The notes beneath the pieces were generated by a model, which was given only the letters and a program-made list of their open reading frames with translations, searched no databases and was not told the DNA's origin. The position numbers were made by a program, and so were the translations under genes. This document shows positions 45,261 to 55,095 of a stretch of 55,095 nt of DNA, one piece after another (the stretch's first letter is position 1; every line of letters begins with the position of its first letter). Source of the stretch: a virus (taxonomy: Duplodnaviria > Caudoviricetes); IMG/VR virus record IMGVR_UViG_3300009149_008416, positions 1 to 55,095 of that record; one strand, given 5' to 3'.

Positions 45261-47747
45261 ATGAATTTTGATTATAAAAAGTTTTTAGTAAATCCAAAAT
45301 CTGATTCTGAGACTTTTTCAGAATTTATGAAAAATATGGTTGAGAATCCGAAAGTTTATCTTTATACTTCTCCATCTCTTGTTTCAGATGCTATTAGAAG
45401 TTTCGGTTATAAAATAGTTGTTAGAAGTGGAGAGCCTGTTATTAATTATGATATATTTTCTGATCCCTTTTCAGATGGAATTAATGCTATTTATGGACAA
45501 GAGTTTTGTATAGATAAAATTCTTGATATTGTAGACTCAGCAGATCAAGAATCTGTTCCTAGACGAGGCATAATTCTTGTTGGACCTCCATCAAGTGGAA
45601 AAACAAATATTATTGACATGATTACGAGGGGTCTTGAAGAATATACAAGGAAGGAAAATGTTAAAGTATGTTCATTTTCTATAATTTTTGAAGATGATGG
45701 AAAGAAATTTATTTATCGTTCACCATTTATGCATCATCCTATTTTATTAATTCCTATAACATCTGAGAATAAAGGAAAGATTATTTATCCAAGAAAAGAG
45801 TTTTTAACTGAGTTAGAAAATAATAATAATGAATTTTCAATTCCAAATTATTATAAAAATGCTACTTTAGATAAAGTAACATTAAATATATTAGATCATT
45901 TAATATTATCTTATGGTATGACATATTCAGAAATATTAGAAAATTATATATTTGTAGATAGAACTAATTTTTCTATAGCTCAGGGAAGAGGAATTGCTAA
46001 TATTGATGATATGAAAAAACTTATAGCACAAACTAAGTCAATTCGAATTGGTTCTTCTTTTAAAGAAATTTTAGATAAATTTATTCCTGGCATGGATATT
46101 TATACATATGAAGGATCATTAGTTTCTTCTAACAGGGGGATTCTTCATATTCATGATGCGTTTAATAAGGAAAAAACCGAAGATGCATACCGCCCGCTTC
46201 TTATGCTTTTAGGAAGTGGAAAAATATCTGTTGAAGCAACTCAAACTTTTTTAGATACAACTGTTTTTATAACTACAAATTTGGAAGAAATGTCAAATCT
46301 TGAAGAAGAATTAACATCAAAGAAATTATTGGATAGAGTAGAAAAAGTACCTGTTAATTATCTTATTGATGCTAATTCTGAAATGGAAATATTAAATAGA
46401 GATATGGTTGTAATTAAAGATAAATATGATATCGATCCGAATTTAATAAGAGTTGCATCTTATTATTCAGTTATGACTAGACTATTTCCCACAAAAAAAA
46501 CAGATAGTGATTTGCCAAAAAATTGGACTCAGGAGAAAAAAGATTTTTATAAAATACTTCCTCCTGAAAAGAAACTTCTTATTTATTCATCGCAATGTCG
46601 TGATCCAATAAAAACGATCAATTCTTTACCCCCATTACATCAATTTAAAAATGAATGTTCAAAATTAGGCATAGATTTGAATAATCCGGAATCTTATAAA
46701 GATAAAGTTCATATTAATAGTGATGCTATCCCTTTAGAAGAGACGGGATTATTTTCAAATGAACAAATTAAGATGGTTGATGATGAATTTATGAGAATTT
46801 TAATTAGAGAAAATAAGATGTCTGAAGGAAAGTATGGAATGAGTGTTCGGCAACTTCAAAATGTTATGCGAGACACAATCGCATCATCTGACGGAAGAAA
46901 AGTAACTGTTCCTCAATTTATAAAACAATTGACAAAAATTGTAATAGAAGGTTCAACTGTTCATTATTGGTTGAATGATAAATATATTTCTCAAATGACA
47001 AATAATCTAACTATTGAGGAAAGAATGATAGGTGATATTATATTTGATGAAACAGATGGTATGTATGGTGATTATGCAGAAATGATAGATCTTGTGACTG
47101 CATTGTATAATGAAATTATTAAGAAAGAGATAATAATAGCATCAGTAAACAGAGATCCTAAAAAGATAGAGGTAGATTTAAGACGCTATTTGCAATATGT
47201 TTTGTTATATAGGGCATCTAATAATAAATCATTTTCTAAAGTTTTAATAGATAAATTTTCATTTATAGACCCTATAAAAGGAAGTAGAGTTGATTCATAT
47301 GATTCAAAATTTATGCAATCAATTGAATCAATATTATATTCGAAAAATATTGCTTCTGATGAACAGTGTGAAGATTTTAGAAATTCTATGGCTGAAAAGT
47401 TTTTTAAATTAAAAGATTCTGGAGAATTAAAAATAGGAGAAAATAATTCAATTATTAATTCATCAAATGATGGATTAAAACTCTGTTTCGCACAAGAATA
47501 TTCATCATTATTATCGCATAACCGCGTTATGGATGATATTAATATAAATCTTCTTGAAGAAGCTTTTTATTATAAATATAACTCTCCTTCTAAATATAAT
47601 AAATGTACAACTAGAATCCGTGAAATGGTAGATATGATTATAAATAATATGATTAAAAATAATGGATATTCTAAAGATATGGCTTTAGAAACGGTAATTT
47701 ACGCATTAACAGAACAAGTTATTAATTTCGCTGAAATTTTAAGTTAA
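45261..47747 (+). CDS. prkA: PrkA/YeaG family AAA+ kinase, copy 1
   Basis: ILVGPPSSGKT, GLEEYT, GSLVSSNRGILHIHD, LLDRVEKVPVNY, SVMTRL, EGKYGMSVR, NGYSKDMA. ATG 45261 directly follows the spoVR stop. Confidence 0.8.
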   Translation: MNFDYKKFLVNPKSDSETFSEFMKNMVENPKVYLYTSPSLVSDAIRSFGYKIVVRSGEPVINYDIFSDPFSDGINAIYGQEFCIDKILDIVDSADQESVPRRGIILVGPPSSGKTNIIDMITRGLEEYTRKENVKVCSFSIIFEDDGKKFIYRSPFMHHPILLIPITSENKGKIIYPRKEFLTELENNNNEFSIPNYYKNATLDKVTLNILDHLILSYGMTYSEILENYIFVDRTNFSIAQGRGIANIDDMKKLIAQTKSIRIGSSFKEILDKFIPGMDIYTYEGSLVSSNRGILHIHDAFNKEKTEDAYRPLLMLLGSGKISVEATQTFLDTTVFITTNLEEMSNLEEELTSKKLLDRVEKVPVNYLIDANSEMEILNRDMVVIKDKYDIDPNLIRVASYYSVMTRLFPTKKTDSDLPKNWTQEKKDFYKILPPEKKLLIYSSQCRDPIKTINSLPPLHQFKNECSKLGIDLNNPESYKDKVHINSDAIPLEETGLFSNEQIKMVDDEFMRILIRENKMSEGKYGMSVRQLQNVMRDTIASSDGRKVTVPQFIKQLTKIVIEGSTVHYWLNDKYISQMTNNLTIEERMIGDIIFDETDGMYGDYAEMIDLVTALYNEIIKKEIIIASVNRDPKKIEVDLRRYLQYVLLYRASNNKSFSKVLIDKFSFIDPIKGSRVDSYDSKFMQSIESILYSKNIASDEQCEDFRNSMAEKFFKLKDSGELKIGENNSIINSSNDGLKLCFAQEYSSLLSHNRVMDDININLLEEAFYYKYNSPSKYNKCTTRIREMVDMIINNMIKNNGYSKDMALETVIYALTEQVINFAEILS

Positions 47748-47763
47748 TAGGAGAGTAAAAATT

Positions 47764-49986
47764 ATGCATGAAAAATTAAAAAGTATTTTTGGGGACAAGG
47801 ATGCTCATTACACTGATAATAAAGAAGTGATTTCATTTGATGAATATATTGATGTTGTTATTGAAAAACCATGGGTGAGCAGAAATATGTTTCAACTTTT
47901 GCACGACATGATTGTTTCAAGTGGTGTAGTTCATAAACTTACTCCTGGTAAGCCACCAACTCATAAATATAACTTTTTTGAAGATTCTAAATATGTTGGA
48001 GATTTTGTTGTTTTTGGTCAACAAAAAGCAAAAGAGAATCTTGTTGAAAGAGTTTATAACGCTTCTAGAAAAAATGAAGCTTCAAAAAGATTATGGATTT
48101 TACTTGGACCTCCTGGTTCAGCAAAAAGTAGATCAATGGAAGCAATTAAGACTGGTCTTAATAGATATTCTAAAATGGAAGAAGGAAAAACATATACTTT
48201 GCTTCTTCCAACCATAAATCCAAAACTTAAAAGTAGATCTATGTTTGAAGAGAATGGAATTTATTATATACAATCACCGTGCTTTGAAAGACCATTGCAA
48301 ATTATTTCAATAGATAAAAGAACAGAATTTCTTAATGCCCTTAATAGTTCTGTTGATCAATCATCTATGGAATTATTTCTTGAAACACATAAACATTATG
48401 ATAATGGATTTTCAGTAGATATTGATGGAATTATGTCTCCTGCATCTCAATTTATTGTAGAAGAATTTATGAAAGATAAAAATTTGTCTTTTTCTGAAAT
48501 GCTTGGATATCTTAAGGCTAAGAGAATGATATTTGATGCTAAAACAAAAACCGGCATTGGGTCTTATACTCCAAGAGATGAAAAAAGTCAGGAAGCAGGT
48601 TCTTTAGTTGGAAATATTGATTATACTTTACTTCCACAATTTGGTAGTGAATCTCATCCTTTGGTCCATGATTATAAAGGTGAACTTTGTGTTGGTGCTA
48701 ATGGATTTGTTGAAATTCATGAAATATTAAAGCTTTCAGATAGATTTTTATATGAGTTGCTTTTTGCAACACATGATAGATTTTTTAAGCCTGAAGGTCA
48801 GCCACCTATTCCATTTAATGGTGTTATTATAGGTCATACTAATTTTCATGAATATAATATGTTCCAACAAAATGAGGCTTTTGAGGCTCTGCGAAAGAGA
48901 ACTATGTTTATTGAAATGCCATTTTCAACAAATTTTAGAGAAGAAGAAAAAATATATTCATTCACATATTCTAATGAAGCAAGAAGTTGGAATAAAAATC
49001 AAAAATATACTGCTCATGTAGCTCCTCATAGTTTAGAATTGCTTAGTTTGGCTGCTGTAATGTCTAGATTATATGATTCAAAGAAAACTAAAGATTTACA
49101 GTTAATTCAAAAAGCATTAATTTATGCTGGTAGAGTTGATACTGGAGTAGATAATAATATGGCAAATAGTATTATTGATGAATTTAAGTATACAAAACCA
49201 TCTGAAGGGACATTTGGTCTTGATCCAAGATTTATACAAAATACTTTTGAGACAACTGAACACTTTCAGATAAATGAGTTTCTTGCTAATATTGATAAGC
49301 TTAATAAAGAAGGTGGAGATCAGACAATGTTGGATTCTATATCGTTAAGAAATCCATGTGTTACTCCATTGGATATTTTACTTAAAATGGAAAATGATAT
49401 TAAAGATAATTATGCTCTAAATAAAAATTTGCTTCAGAAATATACTGAAAATGTTATTCCTCAAGCAAAAAGATGGATTTATTCTCAAATAGCTAATGAT
49501 GTATATAGTTCAATTCTAAGAGATGATACTATAATTGAGAATACTTGGAAAAAATATACTGACCATGTTCGTGCTTTTGCTCATAATACAACAGTCAAAC
49601 ATGAAATTACTCAAAAAGATGTTAAGCCAGATGAAAAATTTATGAGATCAATTGAAGAGTATATTGGTGTGCCAGACAGGGAAGTATTTAGAAAAGAACT
49701 TAGTGATGCGATTTCAAGTGTTGGACATTTAGTATTGCTTAAGGATGAGCCATCTTATCAAGCAGCTATTAAAAAATATGTATTTGAAAATGAGTTCAAG
49801 TCAGGAGAAAATATGAAGCTTTTGGGTTGGATTAAGAGCGGTTTTTCGTCTGCCGACGCTAACTCAAAGGAACAAGAACAATTGAATGATACTATTAAGT
49901 ATTTAATGGATAACATGGGCTACTGTGGCAAATGTGCTCACCAGGCGCTTGTGATTACAGCTAACTCTTCTTCAATTGTTGAGTAA
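47764..49986 (+). CDS. prkA: PrkA/YeaG family AAA+ kinase, copy 2
   Basis: ISFDEYID, LLGPPGSAKS, PRDEKSQEAGSLVG, GELCVGANGFVEIHEILK, IIGHTNFHEY, EALRKR, HVAPHSLE, EGTFGLDPRF, PDEKFMRSIEE, GYCGKCA. Confidence 0.88.
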   Translation: MHEKLKSIFGDKDAHYTDNKEVISFDEYIDVVIEKPWVSRNMFQLLHDMIVSSGVVHKLTPGKPPTHKYNFFEDSKYVGDFVVFGQQKAKENLVERVYNASRKNEASKRLWILLGPPGSAKSRSMEAIKTGLNRYSKMEEGKTYTLLLPTINPKLKSRSMFEENGIYYIQSPCFERPLQIISIDKRTEFLNALNSSVDQSSMELFLETHKHYDNGFSVDIDGIMSPASQFIVEEFMKDKNLSFSEMLGYLKAKRMIFDAKTKTGIGSYTPRDEKSQEAGSLVGNIDYTLLPQFGSESHPLVHDYKGELCVGANGFVEIHEILKLSDRFLYELLFATHDRFFKPEGQPPIPFNGVIIGHTNFHEYNMFQQNEAFEALRKRTMFIEMPFSTNFREEEKIYSFTYSNEARSWNKNQKYTAHVAPHSLELLSLAAVMSRLYDSKKTKDLQLIQKALIYAGRVDTGVDNNMANSIIDEFKYTKPSEGTFGLDPRFIQNTFETTEHFQINEFLANIDKLNKEGGDQTMLDSISLRNPCVTPLDILLKMENDIKDNYALNKNLLQKYTENVIPQAKRWIYSQIANDVYSSILRDDTIIENTWKKYTDHVRAFAHNTTVKHEITQKDVKPDEKFMRSIEEYIGVPDREVFRKELSDAISSVGHLVLLKDEPSYQAAIKKYVFENEFKSGENMKLLGWIKSGFSSADANSKEQEQLNDTIKYLMDNMGYCGKCAHQALVITANSSSIVE

Positions 49987-49998
49987 GGATAGTGAATA

Positions 49999-52590
49999 AT
50001 GAAATTAATTAATAAAACAGAAACAACTTTAATATTCAATGATATTAATTTAGTACTGGTATATGATAAAGACGGAAAAGGTGTTGATGTGGAAGATTAT
50101 GATATTAAAAATTCTCCAACACTAAAACACTATATAGATAGAGGTCTCGTGGAAGTTAATAAACCAGATGAAGATAATGTTGTATATCGATCAATAAAAA
50201 ATAGACAAGAAGTTGTAGATAGGCAATTAAAAGAGCCTACTAAGATTAAGAAAAACAGTGAGCAATCAGAAAGTTCTAACTCAGACATTATTTTAGGTGG
50301 AGAAACGAAAGTGATATCATCTAGGGTTTATAGGGTTCCCGAGACCTCTTCTATTGACAAATTTAGAAATACAGGAAAGATGGATATATCTTATTGTGGC
50401 CCATGTTTTTCTGGTGATACAATAGTTATTATCACAGATGGTGTTAAATTTATTAAAGATGTTGAAATAAATGATCGCGTTCTAACTCATAATGGGAATT
50501 GGAAAAGTGTAACAGGAAAGCACATAAAGTTTTATAATTCATCCATGTTATCTATAAAGCCTAATTTATTTAATGGAATTAGTATAAATTGTACTCCAAA
50601 CCATAGATTTTATATCAAAAACATAGAAGAAATAAAATGGAAAAAAGCAAGATCAATATCTTCTGAAGATTCTTTTATTATTCCTCCAATTTCATTTGAG
50701 AGTGAGAAAAAATTTATTCTACTTTCAGACTATGTTAAAATAGATTTTGATGAATTGCAAGATGGTTTTTGTTCTGTAATTAAACTTACCGATGGTTTTC
50801 TTAATATTATATGGGAATATATTAACTCTGGAGAAATAATAGGTGATTCAGAAGTTTCTTTTAAGATTAATAAATATTTCTTTTTTGAGTTTATGTCATT
50901 AATGAGAGAAATTTTTGGTGTTAGTTCGGTTAAGTATGTAGAGTATGAAAAATATTTTAAATATACTTGTCATTCTTTTTCGTTAGTTAAATTTTTTGAA
51001 TATTTTTGCGGTTCAGAATTTAAGAAGATTCCATCATTTATATTTAAGAAAAATATATCAAAAAGATTTTTGAAGTTAATACTTTTTGAAAAAGAAGCAA
51101 ATAAAAAAGGAACAATTGTTATATATTCCAGACATCCATTGATTGCCTGGGGCATTAGACTTTTACTTCTTGAATCATCTATTGTATCATCAATTCAGTA
51201 TATCCCATCAAGAAAAAATTATTGTGTATCATTTTCTTTAAAAAAATTCTTTAAGACATTAAAAGATAATAATTTGGTTGATGAATCATTTAAATGGGAG
51301 GATACAACGGTTAAAAATAGACCGGCAACTTATGATTTTACTGATAATGGAATATATGTGCCATTTTATGATATGAAACCAGGAGAATATTCTGAATATG
51401 TTTATAATCTTGATGTTGAAGATGACAATTCATATACTGCTGGTTTTTGTTCTGTTCATAATTGTTATGATGCAGGAGGCTATGCTAAAATGAACAGAAA
51501 TTATATGTTCGGATTATCTAAAAAAGATGATGTTAATTTAAAACTTGATTTACCAAAAGATTTATCAATAAGAAAACAAGTTGAAGAGGAATTAGTTAAT
51601 AAGCTTGATGAATTAAGAAAAAACAAAGTTGGTGAAAATGTGGTAAAAATTTATGGAAGTACGGCAACAGGACCGATGACGGGCAGATATAATATTTTGT
51701 ATACAATGATGGAAACTGAAAAAGTACATCCTCAATATATTGAAAAATGTAACATGGCTAATGAATTATGGTTGCCTACCGATTGGTGCATAGAAAAATT
51801 TAAAGAAAGCGGTGCTCGTTCAAAGATTTATAAGATGCCAATAGGAGTTGATTTTGAGAATTATGTCGAAGGTAAACCTCCAGTAACGTTTGGTGGCAAA
51901 GAGAATGGCTTTATATTCTTAACGGTATTTGGTTGGAGTCTTCGTAAGGGTTATGATATACTTTTACAGTCTTATTATGAGGAATTTTCTAAAAATGATG
52001 ATGTAACTCTTGTTATATGTAGTAGATTTGCTGGCAAGACTGATAAAACATCAAAACAAGTAATTAAAGATAATATTAAGACAATAGAACAATCTGTTAA
52101 AAAATTAAATAAACCAAAACCTCCACTCTTAATAGCTGATGTTATACCAGAGAAGATGATGGGAAGTTTATATAATTCTGCTCATGCATACATATGCATT
52201 TCTAGGGGTGAGGGATTTGGCATGCCTTTTTGCGAGGCCAGTTTATGTGGTTTACCTGTTATAGCTTCTAATTATTCTGGACAGAAAGATTTTCTTAATT
52301 ATGATAATTCATTTTTAGTGGAACCGGAAGGATGTCAAGTAAATCCAGGGGCAGAATGGGTTTCATATTATTATACTGATATGCCAATGGCTTATTTTGG
52401 TAGAGATTCTATTGATCAAACAAGGGCACATATGAGATATGTATATGAAAATTATGCGCTTGCAAAGGATAGAAATAGGAAATTACAGAAGTTTATAAAA
52501 GAAAACTATGATTGGAATAAATGTGTTAACAGGATGTACGATAGATTAAAAATAATCTATTCAGAAATTAAACATAGAGGTGAAAAATGA
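49999..52590 (+). CDS. GT-B (family 4-like) glycosyltransferase with N-terminal small domain and an intein
   Basis: Spliced GP|CYDAGGYA; TMMETE, ELWLPT, WSLRKGYDILL, SRGEGFGMPFCEASLCGLPVIASNYSGQKDF. Confidence 0.88.
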   Translation: MKLINKTETTLIFNDINLVLVYDKDGKGVDVEDYDIKNSPTLKHYIDRGLVEVNKPDEDNVVYRSIKNRQEVVDRQLKEPTKIKKNSEQSESSNSDIILGGETKVISSRVYRVPETSSIDKFRNTGKMDISYCGPCFSGDTIVIITDGVKFIKDVEINDRVLTHNGNWKSVTGKHIKFYNSSMLSIKPNLFNGISINCTPNHRFYIKNIEEIKWKKARSISSEDSFIIPPISFESEKKFILLSDYVKIDFDELQDGFCSVIKLTDGFLNIIWEYINSGEIIGDSEVSFKINKYFFFEFMSLMREIFGVSSVKYVEYEKYFKYTCHSFSLVKFFEYFCGSEFKKIPSFIFKKNISKRFLKLILFEKEANKKGTIVIYSRHPLIAWGIRLLLLESSIVSSIQYIPSRKNYCVSFSLKKFFKTLKDNNLVDESFKWEDTTVKNRPATYDFTDNGIYVPFYDMKPGEYSEYVYNLDVEDDNSYTAGFCSVHNCYDAGGYAKMNRNYMFGLSKKDDVNLKLDLPKDLSIRKQVEEELVNKLDELRKNKVGENVVKIYGSTATGPMTGRYNILYTMMETEKVHPQYIEKCNMANELWLPTDWCIEKFKESGARSKIYKMPIGVDFENYVEGKPPVTFGGKENGFIFLTVFGWSLRKGYDILLQSYYEEFSKNDDVTLVICSRFAGKTDKTSKQVIKDNIKTIEQSVKKLNKPKPPLLIADVIPEKMMGSLYNSAHAYICISRGEGFGMPFCEASLCGLPVIASNYSGQKDFLNYDNSFLVEPEGCQVNPGAEWVSYYYTDMPMAYFGRDSIDQTRAHMRYVYENYALAKDRNRKLQKFIKENYDWNKCVNRMYDRLKIIYSEIKHRGEK
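50404..51462 (+). mobile_element. Intein 4 (353 aa) with degenerate endonuclease domain
   Basis: P|CFSGDTIV...CTPNH...VYNLDVEDDNSYTAGFCSVHN|C; LAGLIDADG blocks eroded (IIWEYINSG, KLILFEKE). Confidence 0.9.
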
Positions 52591-53369
52591 AGCCTTTCGT
52601 TCTTTTAGATATTGATACAATGGAATTAATTTTAGTAATAAAAAATACCGTTAAAAGAATAAAAGTATCAGAATTGGATGGTGCTGAAGATTTTATAGAC
52701 GAATTTTATAGACATTTTAAAGAAATGAATTTTGTCCCAAAATATAACATAATGAACAGAAAAGAATTTGTCGATCTTGTGGCCGGTTTGAAAAATATGA
52801 AAAAAGCAGAAATAGTAGAAGAAGATTTGCCTCTTATAGAACATAAAATTATTGAGAGAAATCAGATCTTAGAAGAAGAAAATACTAATGAAAATGCAAC
52901 ATTAGTAAGATCGAATACTGACAGAAAAATATCTATAGATGATTTACAGATGCGTTTTGACGAACCTTATGATTATTATGACTTGTCTGTTTTTGATAAA
53001 GAACGAATAGATAAATCGAACCAGCTTAAATTTTTTCTTGATAGAAAAATGTTAGTTATGACAACTATGGATGAAATTACAAAAATTAGAGGAAAGCTTA
53101 TTGCTAAAAAAGAGCAGGAGAAAAGGGAAAGACAGGAAAATCTTATCGTTAATCGAAAAGAGGTTATGGGTGAAGAGGAAGGAATATTGATAAGTTCAGA
53201 TGATTATAGAAATGCTGATACAAATATGTCTGGAGGAATGAATTCAGGAAATGTATCAAGTGAAGAAATGTCAGAAGCAAAGGTTGCTATTGCAGACATG
53301 TTTTCATCTGGTGTTGCGGTTGATGGCGATGAATCAAAGAGTATTGATGAACTTTTAAGGAGGGCATAA
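52587..53369 (+). CDS. Hypothetical protein
   Basis: GAGGTG RBS; ATGA overlap with the glycosyltransferase. Confidence 0.8.
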   Translation: MKPFVLLDIDTMELILVIKNTVKRIKVSELDGAEDFIDEFYRHFKEMNFVPKYNIMNRKEFVDLVAGLKNMKKAEIVEEDLPLIEHKIIERNQILEEENTNENATLVRSNTDRKISIDDLQMRFDEPYDYYDLSVFDKERIDKSNQLKFFLDRKMLVMTTMDEITKIRGKLIAKKEQEKRERQENLIVNRKEVMGEEEGILISSDDYRNADTNMSGGMNSGNVSSEEMSEAKVAIADMFSSGVAVDGDESKSIDELLRRA

Positions 53370-53640
53370 TGAATGTGTCATTTATAACGATTCGATTAAA
53401 TTTTTTGGGATCTATGCTATAACTCAAAGAGATATAGACAACGTTCAAAAACAACTTTCACAGTTAAATAATGATACTGACCTTATTATTGCAACTAAAA
53501 ATCATTTTGATTTTTTTCCTATAAAAAAAGGAAACTTATATAATAACATCGAATATATTGAAGGAATTAACGAACAAACATGCGAACATAGTGCAAGAGA
53601 TGTGTTTGATTATAACGATTTGATAAATTATTTTGAATAA
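53369..53640 (+). pseudogene. About 90-aa gene apparently frameshifted directly after its start codon
   Basis: AGGAGG + ATG 53369 overlapping the previous stop, but the long open frame (ECVIYNDSIKFFGIYAITQ...LINYFE*) is offset by one base and fills the gap to the next gene. Confidence 0.55.
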
Positions 53641-53654
53641 AAGGGAGAATAAAA

Positions 53655-53954
53655 ATGAATGATAGAGAAATTGATGAAAAAGATGCTATAACTGGTACCG
53701 TTTACCAAGAAACTCTCTCTGCTATGAAGAGAATTTTAGATTTAGGAGAATTTAAAATTGGTGCATCAAATTCTAGAGATTTTGCATTTTTTAAGAGAGA
53801 AGTTATGGACAGTATTTATAGTTCATTAAAAAATATTTTTAAAGAGTTAGAGACAGATGGTTTGGTTCAAGAGTGCCCATATTGCAGCGCTGATTTAAGA
53901 AAAGGATGGAAACCTTGTGTTTGTAGGGGTTCTGGTTATGTCTCAGCTCAATAA
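53655..53954 (+). CDS. Hypothetical protein with C-terminal zinc motif
   Basis: GGGAG RBS; CPYC...CVCRGSGY. Confidence 0.8.
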   Translation: MNDREIDEKDAITGTVYQETLSAMKRILDLGEFKIGASNSRDFAFFKREVMDSIYSSLKNIFKELETDGLVQECPYCSADLRKGWKPCVCRGSGYVSAQ

Positions 53955-53982
53955 TTTATAACGTCATAAAGGATATAATAAA

Positions 53983-55095
53983 ATGGAAAAAGACGACAAT
54001 ATTCTTAAGATAGCCAGTGATTTAGATTCCAAAAAAATGTATTCTTTTGCGAATCGTCTTACTAATATTTTTGATGAGATGTCTGTGGTAGATACTAAGG
54101 AAAAATATAAGATTGTTGATAAAAAGTATAGAACATTTTTATCTGACCTTAAAGAAGCTGACTCAGATATGCATGATAGACTTACTAAAACATCATTTAG
54201 ATGGTGGGATCGTATGGGGGATTGGTTTACAGGGAAGACAAAAGGAGAAGATTATAGACGAGACAGAATTCAAGATAGAGTTACAAAAGATACACGTGGT
54301 CCAGAAAATAAACCTACTACTTCTATAGGAACTTATAAAAGCATCATACAAAAATTACAAGATAATCGAGTTGAAGATGCTGTAAAAGCATTTTCTCAGA
54401 CTATTGGAAAATTTGCAGATAGTATGAAAAATGCAGAAAGTCAAGGACAGAGAGCAATTGGCTTTGCTAAATCTATTCAAACTAATATGGCAAAAATAGC
54501 AAGTAATTATAAAAAAGCTAGACAACCAGATGCCGCTCTTTTAGTTGAAGATATGACTAAACCAGTAAGTCAACAATTAAATGCTGTTTTGGAACAACTT
54601 AACGCTCCGAGATTTGATGGTACATATTCACAGGGCATGAAAAATGCTTCCACTATTTTCCCTGAAACTTATAATAAAGTTAAAGAAGATGCCGCTAAAG
54701 GATATATACCAGAAGATGAAACTTTAGATTGGGGAGATTATTTAGATTCTGATGGCGATGGTATTCCTGACTCTCAGGAACCAGATGCGGTTCCGCCAAC
54801 AGGTGGAGAACCCGTAGATGCGGGAGAAACTGGAACTGTTACAAGAATGACTCCAGAAGAAACGGCTGAAGTCAACGCTGATCAAGGCGTTATTAATGCT
54901 CCAAAACAGTTGGGGACTGGTGGTGCGCTAATTACAACACCAAAACAAGAGGCTCAAAAACTTCTTGAGCAAGGAAGGCAGACGCAAAATACTGCTACCG
55001 TTACTCCATATTTACAAAGATTAGTTGATGATGCTTATAATAATAATAATCAAGAATCTTTAGATAAGGCTATGGAAATTATGTATCATATGAAA
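53983..55095 (+). CDS. Hypothetical protein, N-terminal 371 aa (runs off window end; not in ORF track)
   Basis: AAGGA RBS; MEKDDNILKIASDLDSKKMYSFANRLT... is open to the window end and contains DSDGDGIPDSQE. Confidence 0.8.
   Translation, partial: MEKDDNILKIASDLDSKKMYSFANRLTNIFDEMSVVDTKEKYKIVDKKYRTFLSDLKEADSDMHDRLTKTSFRWWDRMGDWFTGKTKGEDYRRDRIQDRVTKDTRGPENKPTTSIGTYKSIIQKLQDNRVEDAVKAFSQTIGKFADSMKNAESQGQRAIGFAKSIQTNMAKIASNYKKARQPDAALLVEDMTKPVSQQLNAVLEQLNAPRFDGTYSQGMKNASTIFPETYNKVKEDAAKGYIPEDETLDWGDYLDSDGDGIPDSQEPDAVPPTGGEPVDAGETGTVTRMTPEETAEVNADQGVINAPKQLGTGGALITTPKQEAQKLLEQGRQTQNTATVTPYLQRLVDDAYNNNNQESLDKAMEIMYHMK

Noticed and set aside
54113-54328. 71-aa ORF from the track
   Set aside because: Out-of-frame overlap within the longer ORF starting at 53983.
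1-55095. Genome-wide stop-codon reassignment (TAG or TGA as sense)
   Set aside because: Long genes are intact under code 11. Only one internal TAG and one internal TAA were found, and TAG/TGA end several ORFs at sensible boundaries.

Overview
AT-rich (roughly 30% GC by eye) segment of a large tailed dsDNA phage genome, probably a jumbo phage. It holds the head-morphogenesis module: terminase large subunit, about 17 mostly unknown genes, portal, prohead protease, a giant acidic scaffold-like protein, a decoration protein and an HK97-type major capsid protein. Host-like genes flank it: peptide deformylase-SEC-C, PIN-PhoH, RecJ-SLOG fusion, DnaJ, Hsp20, CCA/poly(A) nucleotidyltransferase, AAA+ ATPase, a SpoVR + 2x PrkA/YeaG operon and a GT4 glycosyltransferase. 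Four inteins are present, two of them lacking the usual N-terminal Cys/Ser. Notable points: (i) an in-frame TAG at codon 14 of the major capsid gene and an in-frame TAA in PhoH; (ii) an A11 candidate -1 frameshift; (iii) shared NWYK / FNL / K-x-A-[QSG] peptide tags across many head-region proteins, suggesting a packaging or processing code; (iv) a consensus sigma-54 promoter on Hsp20 plus two other recurring promoter classes; (v) a 40-bp hairpin-containing tandem repeat. No tRNA, rRNA or CRISPR array was recognised. All calls come from reading motifs by eye; no searches were run.
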